Positions 27,724 to 37,823 of a stretch of DNA of 64,000 nucleotides are shown piece by piece. The notes beneath the pieces are model-generated. The model worked only from the letters and a program-made list of their open reading frames with translations. It made no database searches and had not been told where the DNA came from. The stretch comes from Alphaproteobacteria bacterium UBA2964 (GTDB lineage Bacteria; Pseudomonadota; Alphaproteobacteria; MPNO01; UBA2964), in assembly GCA_905182615.1 (NCBI GenBank), contig CAJJCG010000018.1:14426-78425 (forward strand), written 5' to 3'. A program made the position numbers and the translations under genes. Numbering within the stretch: position 1 is the stretch's first letter; every line of letters starts with the position of its first letter.

Positions 27724-28599
27724 ATGGATATTAGTAAAATCAAAGAGTTCATCTCAAGCTGGATGGCGCGAATCCCGCTGAGTTATTTCAATGACCCCGA
27801 CCCCGTTGTGTCTGTGATACGGCTCTCTGGCATTATTGGACAAGTTGGTCCGGGGCGCTCCGGCTTAACGCTGGATGGTCTTGAAAAATCGATAGAACGC
27901 GCGTTTTCCGGCAAGCGGGTTAAGACAGTGGCCTTGGTGATCAACTCGCCAGGAGGATCACCGGTTCAGTCGGCCCAGATTGCGCGCCGTATTCGGGAAC
28001 TCGCTGAAGAAAAAGACATTACGGTTGTCGCTTTTACCGAAGATGTTGCGGCTTCTGGTGGTTATTGGCTGGCCTGTGCCGCCGATGAAATATTTGCGGA
28101 TGCGAATTCAATAATCGGATCAATCGGGGTGGTGTCGGCTGGGTTTGGCTTTACTGAAGCTATCGAACGGCTGGGTGTCGAGCGCCGGGTCCATACCATG
28201 GGCAAACGCAAAGGCATGCTTGATCCGTTTATGCCTGAGGTACCAGAGGATATTGCGCGTCTAAAAGCCATTCAGATGGATATCCATGACAGCTTTAAAC
28301 AGATGGTTCTGGATCGCCGTGGCGATAAACTAACGTCACCCGATACCGATGAGCTGTTCGAAGGTGATATCTGGACCGGCAGTCAGGCGCTGTCATTGGG
28401 GCTTGTCGACGGGCTTGGCGATATGCGGCCAACAATGCGCGACGTGCATGGCGAGAAGGTGAAGTTTCGGACGATTTCTGCAAAGAACAATCCAATTAAG
28501 CGGTTGTTAGGCAGCAGTGAAGACAGGGCTCGGCAACAGGTGATCTCGGCGCTCTCTGTGGTTGAAGAATGGGCTGCCTGGAACCGGTTCGGAATGTGA
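27724..28599 (+). CDS. S49-family peptidase (SppA 36K type)
   Basis: INSPGGSPVQS, ASGGYWLACAAD, IGSIGV. Confidence 0.85.
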   Translation: MDISKIKEFISSWMARIPLSYFNDPDPVVSVIRLSGIIGQVGPGRSGLTLDGLEKSIERAFSGKRVKTVALVINSPGGSPVQSAQIARRIRELAEEKDITVVAFTEDVAASGGYWLACAADEIFADANSIIGSIGVVSAGFGFTEAIERLGVERRVHTMGKRKGMLDPFMPEVPEDIARLKAIQMDIHDSFKQMVLDRRGDKLTSPDTDELFEGDIWTGSQALSLGLVDGLGDMRPTMRDVHGEKVKFRTISAKNNPIKRLLGSSEDRARQQVISALSVVEEWAAWNRFGM

Positions 28600-28608
28600 G
28601 CGGATAAA

Positions 28609-28860
28609 ATGCTGGGGTTTAGCTTGGGGAAATTTATCGTTCTGGGGCTCATTATTGCCGCCGTATGGTACGGCTTTAAGTTTGTGGGGCGACGAAATCA
28701 GGGTGTTGGTAAGAAATCTGCGGATCCGAAGGTTGATGACGCCGTGTCTGATGCTCAGAACATGGAAAAATGCGATCAATGTGCAACATTTGTACCGGTG
28801 TCAGTAGCGGAAAACTGTGGTCGTGATGGGTGCCCTTACCCTGCAGCCGGGGCGGAGTGA
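28609..28860 (+). CDS. Small membrane-anchored protein with C-terminal Cys cluster
   Basis: One TM helix (FIVLGLIIAAVWYGF), then CDQC...C....C. It begins 9 nt after the peptidase stop. Confidence 0.5.
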   Translation: MLGFSLGKFIVLGLIIAAVWYGFKFVGRRNQGVGKKSADPKVDDAVSDAQNMEKCDQCATFVPVSVAENCGRDGCPYPAAGAE

Positions 28861-28898
28861 AGGGTCCCGCTTTTTGTACGGCAAAGCGCGAGGATTTC

Positions 28899-28928
28899 TT
28901 GACCAATTTGCCGTTGCGCGCGTATGTT
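28899..28928 (+). promoter_or_regulatory. Possible sigma70-type promoter for glyQS
   Basis: TTGACC (28899-28904), an 18-nt spacer, then TATGTT (28923-28928), about 35 nt upstream of the glyQ ATG. Pattern match only. Confidence 0.3.
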
Positions 28929-28961
28929 GCGCTACCTTTTAAATCGAGATTGAGTGCTTAA

Positions 28962-29852
28962 ATGGAACAGTCCGGCAATCCGGAAACGGCGTTCCAAAAC
29001 CTTATCCTGCGGCTCCATGATTTTTGGAGCAAGCAGGGCTGCGTCATTTTGCAGCCATATGATATGGAAGTTGGAGCGGGAACATTTCATCCGGCGACAA
29101 CGCTGCGCGCGTTGGGACCGGAACCATGGCGTGCAGCCTATGTGCAACCATCACGCAGACCGGCAGATGGCCGCTATGGCGATAATCCCAACCGGTTGCA
29201 GCATTACTATCAATATCAGGTAATCCTGAAGCCTTCTCCGGCCAACAGCCAGGAGCTCTACCTCGAAAGTCTGAAGACCCTCGGCATTGATCCCATGACC
29301 CACGATATCAGGTTCGTTGAGGATGACTGGGAAAGCCCGACACTCGGCGCCGCCGGTTTGGGGTGGGAAGTCTGGTGTGATGGCATGGAAGTGACCCAAT
29401 TCACCTATTTTCAGCAGGTTGGTGGTATTGAATGTAACCCGGTAGCGGTTGAGCTGACATATGGGCTCGAACGATTGGCGATGTATATTCAGGGCGTCGA
29501 GAACGTCTATGACCTAGATTTTAACGGCCACGGCGTGAGCTATCGTGAAGTCTTCCATCAGGCGGAACGTGAATTCTCAGCCTATAATTTCGAACATGCC
29601 TCGACAGATATTTTGCGGACCCAGTTTGAGTTCGCCGAGCGTGAATGCGCAAACCTTCTTGAGCAGAGACTAGCGTTGCCTGCCTATGATCACTGCATTA
29701 AATCAAGTCACCTCTTTAACCTACTCGATGCAAGGGGTGCGGTGAGCGTTACCGACAGGGCAAGCTATATCGCCCGCGTACGGGCTTTGGCGAAAGGGTG
29801 TTGCGAAGCCTGGATTGCAAGCCGGTCACCGGCAGCCGGGAAGGGTGCCTAA
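28962..29852 (+). CDS. glyQ: Glycine--tRNA ligase alpha subunit
   Basis: [34 protein letters not shown]..., highly conserved throughout. Confidence 0.95.
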   Translation: MEQSGNPETAFQNLILRLHDFWSKQGCVILQPYDMEVGAGTFHPATTLRALGPEPWRAAYVQPSRRPADGRYGDNPNRLQHYYQYQVILKPSPANSQELYLESLKTLGIDPMTHDIRFVEDDWESPTLGAAGLGWEVWCDGMEVTQFTYFQQVGGIECNPVAVELTYGLERLAMYIQGVENVYDLDFNGHGVSYREVFHQAEREFSAYNFEHASTDILRTQFEFAERECANLLEQRLALPAYDHCIKSSHLFNLLDARGAVSVTDRASYIARVRALAKGCCEAWIASRSPAAGKGA

Positions 29853-29854
29853 TT

Positions 29855-31921
29855 ATGCAACTTCTCCTCGAATTATTTTGCGAAGAAATTCCGGCGCGTA
29901 TGCAAAAGCGCGCTGCGGATGATCTCAAAAACCTCATCACAGCTGGACTCAAAGACGCCAGTCTCTCCTTTGAAGACGCTCATGGTTATGTAACGCCGCG
30001 GCGGCTGGCAATTGTCGTAGACGGCATACCGGAAGCACAGCCTGACGTTAGTGAGGAACGGCGCGGTCCACGCATCGATGCCCCAGAGAAAGCCATTGAA
30101 GGATTTCTTAAAGGTAACGGGGTCACGCTCGATCAATGTGAAAAGCGCGATACCGGGAAGGACGAATTCTGGTTTGCGGTTATTGATCGCAAGGGACGAG
30201 CAACGGCGGATGTTCTCAAAACTTTGTTGCCAGAAAGCATTCACAAACTCTCCTGGCAAAAATCAATGCGTTGGGGTGAGGGCAGTTTTCGCTGGGTTCG
30301 GCCCTTGCAGCGTGTGTTGTGTGTGCTTGATGGTGAGTTGCTCGCGCTTGAAATCGCGCCAGGCATTCCGTGCGGTAACGTGACGACAGGTCACCGCTTC
30401 ATGGGACCAGAGCCATTTGAAGTTGGTTTCTTCGACGATTACGAAAAAATGCTGCAGCACAAGAAAGTCATCCTTAAGGTTGCGACCCGCCGTAAGCTGA
30501 TTGAGGAAAAAGCGACGGCGCTTGCTGAAGCAGATGGTTTTTCTCTCAAACGTGATCCAGGTTTGCTTGCCGAAGTGAGCGGGCTGGTTGAATGGCCGGT
30601 TCCTTTGTTGGGCAGCATAGACGCAGAATTCATGGAGTTGCCTGACGAAGTGCTAACGACTTCGATGCGCAGCCATCAGAAATATTTCTCGGTTGTCGCC
30701 GAAGATGGCAAGTTGGCGCCGCGCTTTGTCGTCGTTTCCAACATGGAAGCGGAAGATGGCGGAGCCGCAATTGTCGCGGGGAATGAACGGGTTTTGCGGG
30801 CGCGGTTGGCTGACGCCAAATTCTTTTGGGATCAGGATCGGAAGAAGACTCTAGAGTCCCGTGTCCCTTTACTGGCGCAGATGATGTTCCATGAAAAGCT
30901 TGGAACTTTGGAAGAAAAAGTCGCTCGCATTGAAGCCTTGGCCGTCGTTCTCGCCCCAATTGTTGGCGCCGACTCGGAACAGGCCAAACGTGCTGCCCAT
31001 CTTTGTAAAGCTGATTTGATGACCGGCATGGTTGGTGAGTTTGCCAGCTTGCAGGGTGTTATGGGGCGTTACTATGCGGTCGCGGAAGGCGAGCGGCCCG
31101 ATGTTGCCCAGGCGATTGCCGAACATTACGCGCCTGCAGGGCCTGATGATATGTGTCCGAGTGTCTCTGTTAGCATCGCTGTATCTCTCGCCGACAAGAT
31201 CGATACGTTGATTGGTTTCTTTGGGATAGATGAGAAGCCGACCGGGTCACGGGACCCTTATGGATTACGTCGAGCCGCTCTCGGAATTATCCGGATGATT
31301 CTTGAGAACGGCATACGGTTGCCACTGCTTACTGCTTTCGGCAAGGCAGCCGAACTATATGGCGCGGCATTACCGACAGGGTCATGTGCCATTTCAGAAT
31401 CGCTGATCACATTTTTCGCGGACCGTCTCAAAGTGCATTTAAGGAGCAGCGGTGTTCGACACGATCTGATTGCGGCGGTTTTTGCTCTCGGTGATGAAGA
31501 CGATTTGGTGAGGTTGGTTTCTCGCGTTGAAGCGCTGACACGTTTTCTGGAATCCGATGATGGCGCCAACCTGCTTGCGGCTCACAAACGCGCCAGCAAT
31601 ATCGTGGCCATCGAGGAGAAAAAAGACAGTGTTCGTTTTGATGGCGCTGTTGATCCTGCGCTCCTTACGGATGCCAACGAGTCCGCCTTGTTCGAAAGTT
31701 TAACGATTGTGGTTGCAAAAATTCAACCGTTATTGGCTGAAGAGCTGTATGATGACGCCATGAAGGTATTGGCGGGGCTGCGTAACCCTGTAGATAAATT
31801 CTTTGACGCAGTGACGGTCAACGCTGATGACCCGGCGACCCGCCAAAATAGATTGCACCTGCTTTCGCAAATTGGCGCGGCTATGGGCGAAATTGCAGAG
31901 TTCAATCAAGTAGAGGGCTAG
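29855..31921 (+). CDS. glyS: Glycine--tRNA ligase beta subunit
   Basis: MQLLLELFCEEIPARMQ..., 2 nt after the glyQ stop. The track start at 29798 lies inside glyQ and is rejected. Confidence 0.95.
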   Translation: MQLLLELFCEEIPARMQKRAADDLKNLITAGLKDASLSFEDAHGYVTPRRLAIVVDGIPEAQPDVSEERRGPRIDAPEKAIEGFLKGNGVTLDQCEKRDTGKDEFWFAVIDRKGRATADVLKTLLPESIHKLSWQKSMRWGEGSFRWVRPLQRVLCVLDGELLALEIAPGIPCGNVTTGHRFMGPEPFEVGFFDDYEKMLQHKKVILKVATRRKLIEEKATALAEADGFSLKRDPGLLAEVSGLVEWPVPLLGSIDAEFMELPDEVLTTSMRSHQKYFSVVAEDGKLAPRFVVVSNMEAEDGGAAIVAGNERVLRARLADAKFFWDQDRKKTLESRVPLLAQMMFHEKLGTLEEKVARIEALAVVLAPIVGADSEQAKRAAHLCKADLMTGMVGEFASLQGVMGRYYAVAEGERPDVAQAIAEHYAPAGPDDMCPSVSVSIAVSLADKIDTLIGFFGIDEKPTGSRDPYGLRRAALGIIRMILENGIRLPLLTAFGKAAELYGAALPTGSCAISESLITFFADRLKVHLRSSGVRHDLIAAVFALGDEDDLVRLVSRVEALTRFLESDDGANLLAAHKRASNIVAIEEKKDSVRFDGAVDPALLTDANESALFESLTIVVAKIQPLLAEELYDDAMKVLAGLRNPVDKFFDAVTVNADDPATRQNRLHLLSQIGAAMGEIAEFNQVEG

Positions 31922-31922
31922 T

Positions 31923-31979
31923 ATGCCCACCGACGAGTCTAAGTGGGTTTAGAGCTTTGGTGATGGTTCCACCGAAGGT
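31923..31979 (+). pseudogene. Probable remnant of the 5' end of pyruvate,phosphate dikinase (ppdK)
   Basis: The ATG lies 1 nt after the glyS stop. It reads MPTDESKWV*SFGDGSTEG, which recalls the PpdK N-terminus (KWVYxFGDGxxEG), with a TAG at 31950-31952. Nothing PpdK-like follows. Confidence 0.4.
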
Positions 31980-32232
31980 AGATCCGATAACTGTAGCTTG
32001 TGACCATGTGGCCACTTTTTCTTCGATGTTTTTGCAGCATTAGCATCGGCGTTACCATTCTCGGTGTTGCCTTGCTGTGCCGCAGTACTCGCTTGGTTGA
32101 CGCCAAATTAATACCCACCCCGGGTTATAGCGCCTGCTTGCCTATGATGCGCGGGCAGTCTGGTGATGGCGGTATTATAGAGGAGTCGGTGCGTTAGTTT
32201 CGTTGTTTCTTCTGTGTAAAAATTTGTGTTTG

Positions 32233-33318
32233 CTACAACTTTAGAGACCAGTCGGAAATAACCTCTCCGACATTCCTCCGGGCCTTGGGTTGGTCAATGA
32301 GAAAGTGCGTCGCGTCCTTTATGCGGTGGAATTCCTGTCTGTCGCCAACAGCATCGGTCCACATCGCAATATCGCTAGGCAGCGCATTGGTATCCGCGGT
32401 GAATTCGAGATTAAGCACGGGGACAGTGGTGCGAGCTATACAGTCGGGGCCGTGCGCACGTGATGCTAAAGACCACTGGCTCATCCATGATGTAAGCGTT
32501 GTAAAACGGGCAATGTCGCGGGGTCCGTAATTCAATCGATATGGATCACCCCAGATCATTCCTGGTTCCCGGTCATTGGGATCAAGGGATAGATCGAAAA
32601 ACCGTGGGTCGGCGCAAGTTCGGTGAACGATGAAGGCTTCGTCACGCGCATTTTCTGGACTGGAGCGCAATGTTTGTAGACGCCGCCTTGTTCGGTTGCT
32701 TATTCGTTCGGAGCGCTCTTGCTGCGCCCTCCGGACCTTTGACACGAATTGGGGCGTGAAAGGTGGTCCGTTTTCCGGTTTAAAAATGTCGAGGCTGTTA
32801 TCAACAGATAGCGGATCGTTTTCATCGGTTACTGACCCATCGATCCATTTTAGGAGGAGCAGTGCTCGTCCAGGATGCGCGCCAAATAACGCTATCCCAT
32901 CCGCTGATGGCAGGTTCTCTGCATTTAAACGTACAGGATCCCCTGCGGGTGTATCGGTAATCGTCAGGTTTTCCGCTTCAGACTGATATAGAGCGACCGT
33001 CGATGCGCCCCCTGAATTTCCAAGAAGGACTATCTTATCAAAGCCTTTCTCCCGGAGGTAACGAACCCCAGCACCGACATCATCAATAATATGCTCGAAT
33101 ATGAGATGAGGGTCGTTATTCAAATAACGGGTGTTAAGCGCAAGCAAAGTCACGCCGCGTTTCGGTAACTCCTCCATAAGGTAATGATCAAAGAAATTAC
33201 TAGACGGGTGAACTATCAGAGCGGCGCATTTGCTATTGACCGCCCGGCGCAGGGCTCCATATATGCGCGGGCCGCGTCCAGGGATTACATCCAGTGAAAC
33301 CAGCTCTGAAATCGACAT
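32233..33318 (-). CDS. Alpha/beta hydrolase, unknown specificity
   Basis: Nucleophile elbow LLGNSGGAS. 361 aa, no signal peptide. Confidence 0.65.
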   Translation of the reverse strand: MSISELVSLDVIPGRGPRIYGALRRAVNSKCAALIVHPSSNFFDHYLMEELPKRGVTLLALNTRYLNNDPHLIFEHIIDDVGAGVRYLREKGFDKIVLLGNSGGASTVALYQSEAENLTITDTPAGDPVRLNAENLPSADGIALFGAHPGRALLLLKWIDGSVTDENDPLSVDNSLDIFKPENGPPFTPQFVSKVRRAQQERSERISNRTRRRLQTLRSSPENARDEAFIVHRTCADPRFFDLSLDPNDREPGMIWGDPYRLNYGPRDIARFTTLTSWMSQWSLASRAHGPDCIARTTVPVLNLEFTADTNALPSDIAMWTDAVGDRQEFHRIKDATHFLIDQPKARRNVGEVISDWSLKL

Positions 33319-33354
33319 TGAATACCTTAATCCTGAAAATCTATGGCTAACCGA

Positions 33355-33918
33355 TTACGGTTTTGGATGCGCTGCCAACCATTCTTTCAGGTGATTATGG
33401 GCGCGGTCGGCATAGGCTTTGGTTTCGTTAGCCGTGGCCGAGTTGCAGGTGATTTCCAGCCGGAGATTGTTGGGGTCAAAGAAGTAGATTGATTGGATAA
33501 AGCCATGATCCGTTGGACCAATGACTTTGATGCCTTCCGCGATGAGACGGTCTCGCATGACATGGACTTCATCGACGGTGTCGACTTCAAAGGCGAAATG
33601 ATTGACCCATAATGGCGTTTCGGGATCTGGCGTGTATTGCACGCCATCGGCTAAATCAAAAAACGCTATGCAAGAGCCATTCTTCATCCGGAAGAACAGA
33701 TGCATATAAGGATTATATTCGCCGGTAGAGGGCACATGATCGAGCGCGATTGTATGAACCAGCGGTAAGCCTAAAATATCCTCGTAGAAGTGCCGGGTTT
33801 CCTCGGCGTCACGGCACCGCCAGGCAAAATGATTCAGCCCAGTTATTGCGGGCATTGCTTCGCTATTCTGATTGTCGGCAATAAGAGGGGTGGTATCGTC
33901 TGGCATGGCTGACCTCAC
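33355..33918 (-). CDS. VOC-superfamily protein (glyoxalase / extradiol dioxygenase fold)
   Basis: Two beta-alpha-beta-beta-beta modules (LNHFAWRCRDAEETRHFYEDILGL; VNHFAFEV...). Starts 2 nt after the FAH gene stop, with an AGGTGAGG Shine-Dalgarno. Confidence 0.8.
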   Translation of the reverse strand: MRSAMPDDTTPLIADNQNSEAMPAITGLNHFAWRCRDAEETRHFYEDILGLPLVHTIALDHVPSTGEYNPYMHLFFRMKNGSCIAFFDLADGVQYTPDPETPLWVNHFAFEVDTVDEVHVMRDRLIAEGIKVIGPTDHGFIQSIYFFDPNNLRLEITCNSATANETKAYADRAHNHLKEWLAAHPKP

Positions 33919-33920
33919 CT

Positions 33921-34901
33921 CTAGGGTGTGAACTGCACGATTTTCTGATCTATCGCGCCGAAAATTGACTTGCCGTTATTATCCATCATTTCAATGCGAA
34001 CGGTATCGCCAAATTTCAGATACGGCATTTTGGGTTCGCCCTGCTCAATTGTTTCGATGGTTCGGACTTCCGCGATACAGGTTGAGCCGTGAGCGGGGTC
34101 TCGATTGGAAATCGTTCCTGAGCCAATAATAGTCCCGGCACCAAGGGGACGTGTCCTGGCGGCGTGTGCAATCAGCTGACCAAAATCAAAATACATATCG
34201 ACACCGGCATCAGGATCGCCGAGCACTTTGCCATTGGTTGTCGCAGTGACGCGACCGTGCAGCTTACGGCCATCCCAATAGTCTCCTAATGCTGCGGGTG
34301 TTACAGCAACTGGCGAGAATGCCGTCGGGGGTTTTGACTGGTAAAAGCCAAAGCTTTTGCCAAGTTCGCCAGGGATCAAATTGCGGAGAGATACGTCATT
34401 AGCCAACAGAACGAGTACGATATGGCCGGGGGCCTTATCGGCGGAAATTCCCATCGGGACATCATCGGTGATTACAGCCACCTCGGCTTCGAGATCGATA
34501 CCCCAATCCTCGTCGATAACCGGAATGTCATCGCAGGCGCCCAACAAAATATCCGAGCCACCTTGATACATCAGCGCATCGGTCAGAAAACTTTCCGGCA
34601 TGCTGGCGCCACGTGATTTGCGGACAAGTTCCATATGGTTGAGATAAACGCTGCCATCCGCCCAGTGATAGCAGCGAGGCAATGCTGCAGCGCATTTTGT
34701 GGGGTCGAACGGACTACCAGCCACACTGTCGCCTTCGAGGGCTTCCCAGCGTTTCTGAAGCCTGGGCGCAATTTCCGCCCAGTTGTCGAGGGCGGCTTGC
34801 ATTGTCGGTGCAATACCTTCGGCAGATGCCATGCGTTTGAGATCAGTGGTGACAACGACGAGTTTTCCGTCGCGGCCTTCTCTTAAGGATGCGATTTTCA
34901 T
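33921..34901 (-). CDS. Fumarylacetoacetate hydrolase (FAH)-family protein
   Basis: MKIASLREGRDGKLVVV..., the about 330-aa FAH-family type, GTIIGSGT, FGDTVRIEM. Confidence 0.85.
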   Translation of the reverse strand: MKIASLREGRDGKLVVVTTDLKRMASAEGIAPTMQAALDNWAEIAPRLQKRWEALEGDSVAGSPFDPTKCAAALPRCYHWADGSVYLNHMELVRKSRGASMPESFLTDALMYQGGSDILLGACDDIPVIDEDWGIDLEAEVAVITDDVPMGISADKAPGHIVLVLLANDVSLRNLIPGELGKSFGFYQSKPPTAFSPVAVTPAALGDYWDGRKLHGRVTATTNGKVLGDPDAGVDMYFDFGQLIAHAARTRPLGAGTIIGSGTISNRDPAHGSTCIAEVRTIETIEQGEPKMPYLKFGDTVRIEMMDNNGKSIFGAIDQKIVQFTP

Positions 34902-34956
34902 GCCACTAATTTAGGTGGGAACAGAGAGGTGGTCAAACGATTGGCTAGAAAATAGA

Positions 34957-35682
34957 TTATTTCCGGGCGCTTAAGGCCTTGAGATCTTTGAGAATAGGCA
35001 TGTCGTCGAGGTCCTTGTCGCTCAACCGGTCCCAAAGAATGCCCTCCGGTGGTGGGAGAGGTGTCTCTACCTCAATAGTTTCGTCAGGTGTAATGATGAG
35101 GAATAGCGGTAAATCGATCTCGTCGCTGGGAAAATCATCTACCACCGATAGCTGGTGCACTGTTGTTGCGACCGGTACAGCTTTGTGGCCGAGCTCCCGT
35201 AATATCGCGAATTCGATATCACTATAGCCTTCTCCTTTTCCGCATCGTTTCCCCGTCCGTGTCACGGCAACCGAACCAGTAACGATAGCATCGACTTGTG
35301 GCATAGCTTCCAAGGAGACTTCTTCCGCCCATTCATCACAGGTCGATAGGGCCGTCGCCTTGGAAAAATTCTCGGTGCCGATCTTCGACGGATCAAATTT
35401 TTTGAAGCCTGCCTTAAGCCTCGGCGTTGGCATGAAGTAGGTGATGCCGCGTTTTAGGGCTTCCATCCGTACAGGGCGTTGCGGCGAATCCGGATTGATC
35501 TTCAGATACGTCGCGTCTTTCCACGGGGATTGTTCAAAAAGCCGCGCAGCAGCGGCTTCGGCGCGCTTGAAATTGGGGATGCGTCCATGGATTGGAAACG
35601 GAAACCGCGCCTGACGTTGTTCCTTGAGCTCATCCCATACGTGATGGCGGGCAGAATCCTTTGAATTGAAGGAAAGTGTCAC
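34957..35682 (-). CDS. 5-formyltetrahydrofolate cyclo-ligase-family protein
   Basis: GRIPNF, INPDSPQRPVR, GSVAVTRTGKRCGKGEGYSDIE. Its GTG start overlaps the ptrB TGA (GTGA at 35679-35682). Confidence 0.65.
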   Translation of the reverse strand: MTLSFNSKDSARHHVWDELKEQRQARFPFPIHGRIPNFKRAEAAAARLFEQSPWKDATYLKINPDSPQRPVRMEALKRGITYFMPTPRLKAGFKKFDPSKIGTENFSKATALSTCDEWAEEVSLEAMPQVDAIVTGSVAVTRTGKRCGKGEGYSDIEFAILRELGHKAVPVATTVHQLSVVDDFPSDEIDLPLFLIITPDETIEVETPLPPPEGILWDRLSDKDLDDMPILKDLKALSARK

Positions 35683-37823
35683 GACACTGCTTTGTCAGTA
35701 ACCATCAGCGCAAACCCGTATGACAGGGCGACCTCTTTGAGGCGGTCAAATCGTCCCGAGGCGCCGCCGTGACCGGCTTCCATATTGATCCAGCACAGGA
35801 TTTGGTTGTCACCGGTGTTGTGATGGCGGAGCTTCGCGGCCCATTTCGCCGGTTCCCAATAGGTCACGCGAGGGTCTGTCAGCCCGCCGGTTGCCAATAT
35901 ATTGGGATAAGGCTGGTCGGAAATATTCGTGTAGGGGCAATACGACGCCATGTCGTTGAATGCATCCCCATCTCGGATTGGATCACCCCATTCGACCCAT
36001 TCCGGCGGGGTGAGCGGTAACGTCTCATCCGACATCGTGTTGATCACGTCGACGAACGGTACTTCACCTAAAATGCCCTTGAAGAGATCGGGGCGCATAT
36101 TCGCAATGGCCCCCATTAGCATGCCGCCCGCTGAGCGGCCTTGAGCGACAATGTTGCCACTGGTGGTATAGCCTTCAGCGATTAGATGTTCAGCGGCGCC
36201 AATGAAATCGAGGAAGGTGTTTTTCTTTTTCTTGAGTTTGCCATCAAGATACCAGTTATAGCCGCCTTCTGTACCACCCCGGATATGGGCGATGGCATAG
36301 ACCATGCCGCGATCCACCAGGCTAAAGACATTGGGCGAGAACGCTGCTGGCATCGCATATCCATAGGAGCCGTAACCATAGAGTAGCATTGGCGCGGAAC
36401 CATCGATGGGTGTGTCCTGGCGGTGTAGGATTGTTACCGGGACTTCAACCCCATCATGGCTCGGTGCCATGACGCGCCGGCAGATATAATCCTCAGCCTC
36501 ATGCCCCGAAGGAATTTCCTGCTCTTTGCGCAATACCCGCTCGCGAGTTGCCATGTCGTAATCGTAGATACGTTGTGGCGTCGTTGGCGACGAATAGGCG
36601 AAGCGTAAATTGGTCGTCGTATATTCATATCCCGGGTGGAGGGATAAATCGTAAGCCTCTTCATCAAAGGTAATTGGGTGTTCTTCACCTGAAGTTAGAT
36701 TACGGATAACAATGCGGGGTAAGGCGGACTCGCGCTCATGTCTGACGAGATATTTCTCAAACAGGATCGTCGAACGGATTAGGCAGCCCTGGCGATGAGG
36801 AACGATTTCGGTCCAATTCTCCAGCGCTGGCTCATCAACCGGTGCTTCGACGATCTTGAAGTCGACGGCGCCACCAATGTTGGTGTGAATAATTAATTTG
36901 TCGCCATGATCGCTGACATCGTAGCTGATTCCGGTGTTGCGCTTGGCGATGAGGTGCGACTTTGCCTCTGGTGTCTGGGCATCGATCATCCAGACCTCGC
37001 TAGTGTCGGCGTGATCGTGGGCGTCGATCAGAATAAAACGGCCGCTCTCCGTTTTACCAACGCCAATAAAGAATCCTGGATCGGTTTCTTCATAGATGAG
37101 AACGTCCTGTGTGGGATCGCCTCCTATCTGATGGCGAAAGACCTTATTAGGGCGGTGATTGTCGTCGAGTACGGTATAGAACAGCGTTTTACCATCAGCG
37201 GAAAACACCATGTCACCTTGGGCGCTTTCAATTCGGTCGGGCAGGGCCGCGCCATTCTCAAGATCACGAATCTCGATGACACAATATTCTGAACCATTTC
37301 GGTCTATCGCGGCGGCGAGCAAGGAATGGTCAGGGCTATGCGTCGCGCCACCGATTGAGAAGAATTTCTCGCCTTCGGCTTCCTTATTGCCATCGATCAG
37401 AATCTGTTCGTTGGTAGTGACATTGGCGTTACGGGAGCGACGGCACAGGATTGGGTACTGGCCACCTATGGCAAACCGCCGGTAATAGTCCCAATCACCA
37501 TCGGGGGTGGGCACTGATGCATCATCTTCTTTGACCCGCGCCTTAAGCTCTGCCGTTAGTTCCTCGCGCAGCGTTTCAATCGGTTTCAGGTAGGCGTCCG
37601 TGTAGGCGTTCTCCGCATCCAAATGGTCGCGGATGTCTGTGCGCAGGGTCTCTGGTTCCCGCATGACGCGCTGCCAGTCGGGGTCGCGGAGCCAGGAATA
37701 AGGATCGTTCAGGGTGTGGCTAAACCGTTCCGTTACGTCATCGCGACGGTCGGCAAATGGGCCACGCCCTGTTTGATCATCGGTCAGATTATTATCCTCT
37801 GCCTTGCTCGCCTTCGCCGCCAA
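35679..37823 (-). CDS. ptrB: S9-family serine peptidase, oligopeptidase B (protease II)-like
   Basis: DPYSWLRD N-terminal motif, a beta-propeller region, catalytic GRSAGG, and C-terminal Asp/His regions. Start codon uncertain (TTG at 37823). Confidence 0.9.
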   Translation of the reverse strand: MAAKASKAEDNNLTDDQTGRGPFADRRDDVTERFSHTLNDPYSWLRDPDWQRVMREPETLRTDIRDHLDAENAYTDAYLKPIETLREELTAELKARVKEDDASVPTPDGDWDYYRRFAIGGQYPILCRRSRNANVTTNEQILIDGNKEAEGEKFFSIGGATHSPDHSLLAAAIDRNGSEYCVIEIRDLENGAALPDRIESAQGDMVFSADGKTLFYTVLDDNHRPNKVFRHQIGGDPTQDVLIYEETDPGFFIGVGKTESGRFILIDAHDHADTSEVWMIDAQTPEAKSHLIAKRNTGISYDVSDHGDKLIIHTNIGGAVDFKIVEAPVDEPALENWTEIVPHRQGCLIRSTILFEKYLVRHERESALPRIVIRNLTSGEEHPITFDEEAYDLSLHPGYEYTTTNLRFAYSSPTTPQRIYDYDMATRERVLRKEQEIPSGHEAEDYICRRVMAPSHDGVEVPVTILHRQDTPIDGSAPMLLYGYGSYGYAMPAAFSPNVFSLVDRGMVYAIAHIRGGTEGGYNWYLDGKLKKKKNTFLDFIGAAEHLIAEGYTTSGNIVAQGRSAGGMLMGAIANMRPDLFKGILGEVPFVDVINTMSDETLPLTPPEWVEWGDPIRDGDAFNDMASYCPYTNISDQPYPNILATGGLTDPRVTYWEPAKWAAKLRHHNTGDNQILCWINMEAGHGGASGRFDRLKEVALSYGFALMVTDKAVS

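Noticed and set aside
32000-32197. 65-aa + strand ORF in the gap after the ppdK stub. The 78-aa ORF at 2711-2947 is a similar case.
   Set aside because: Neither has a Shine-Dalgarno or a recognisable motif. Both have odd composition and lie in regions that look like decayed or non-coding DNA.
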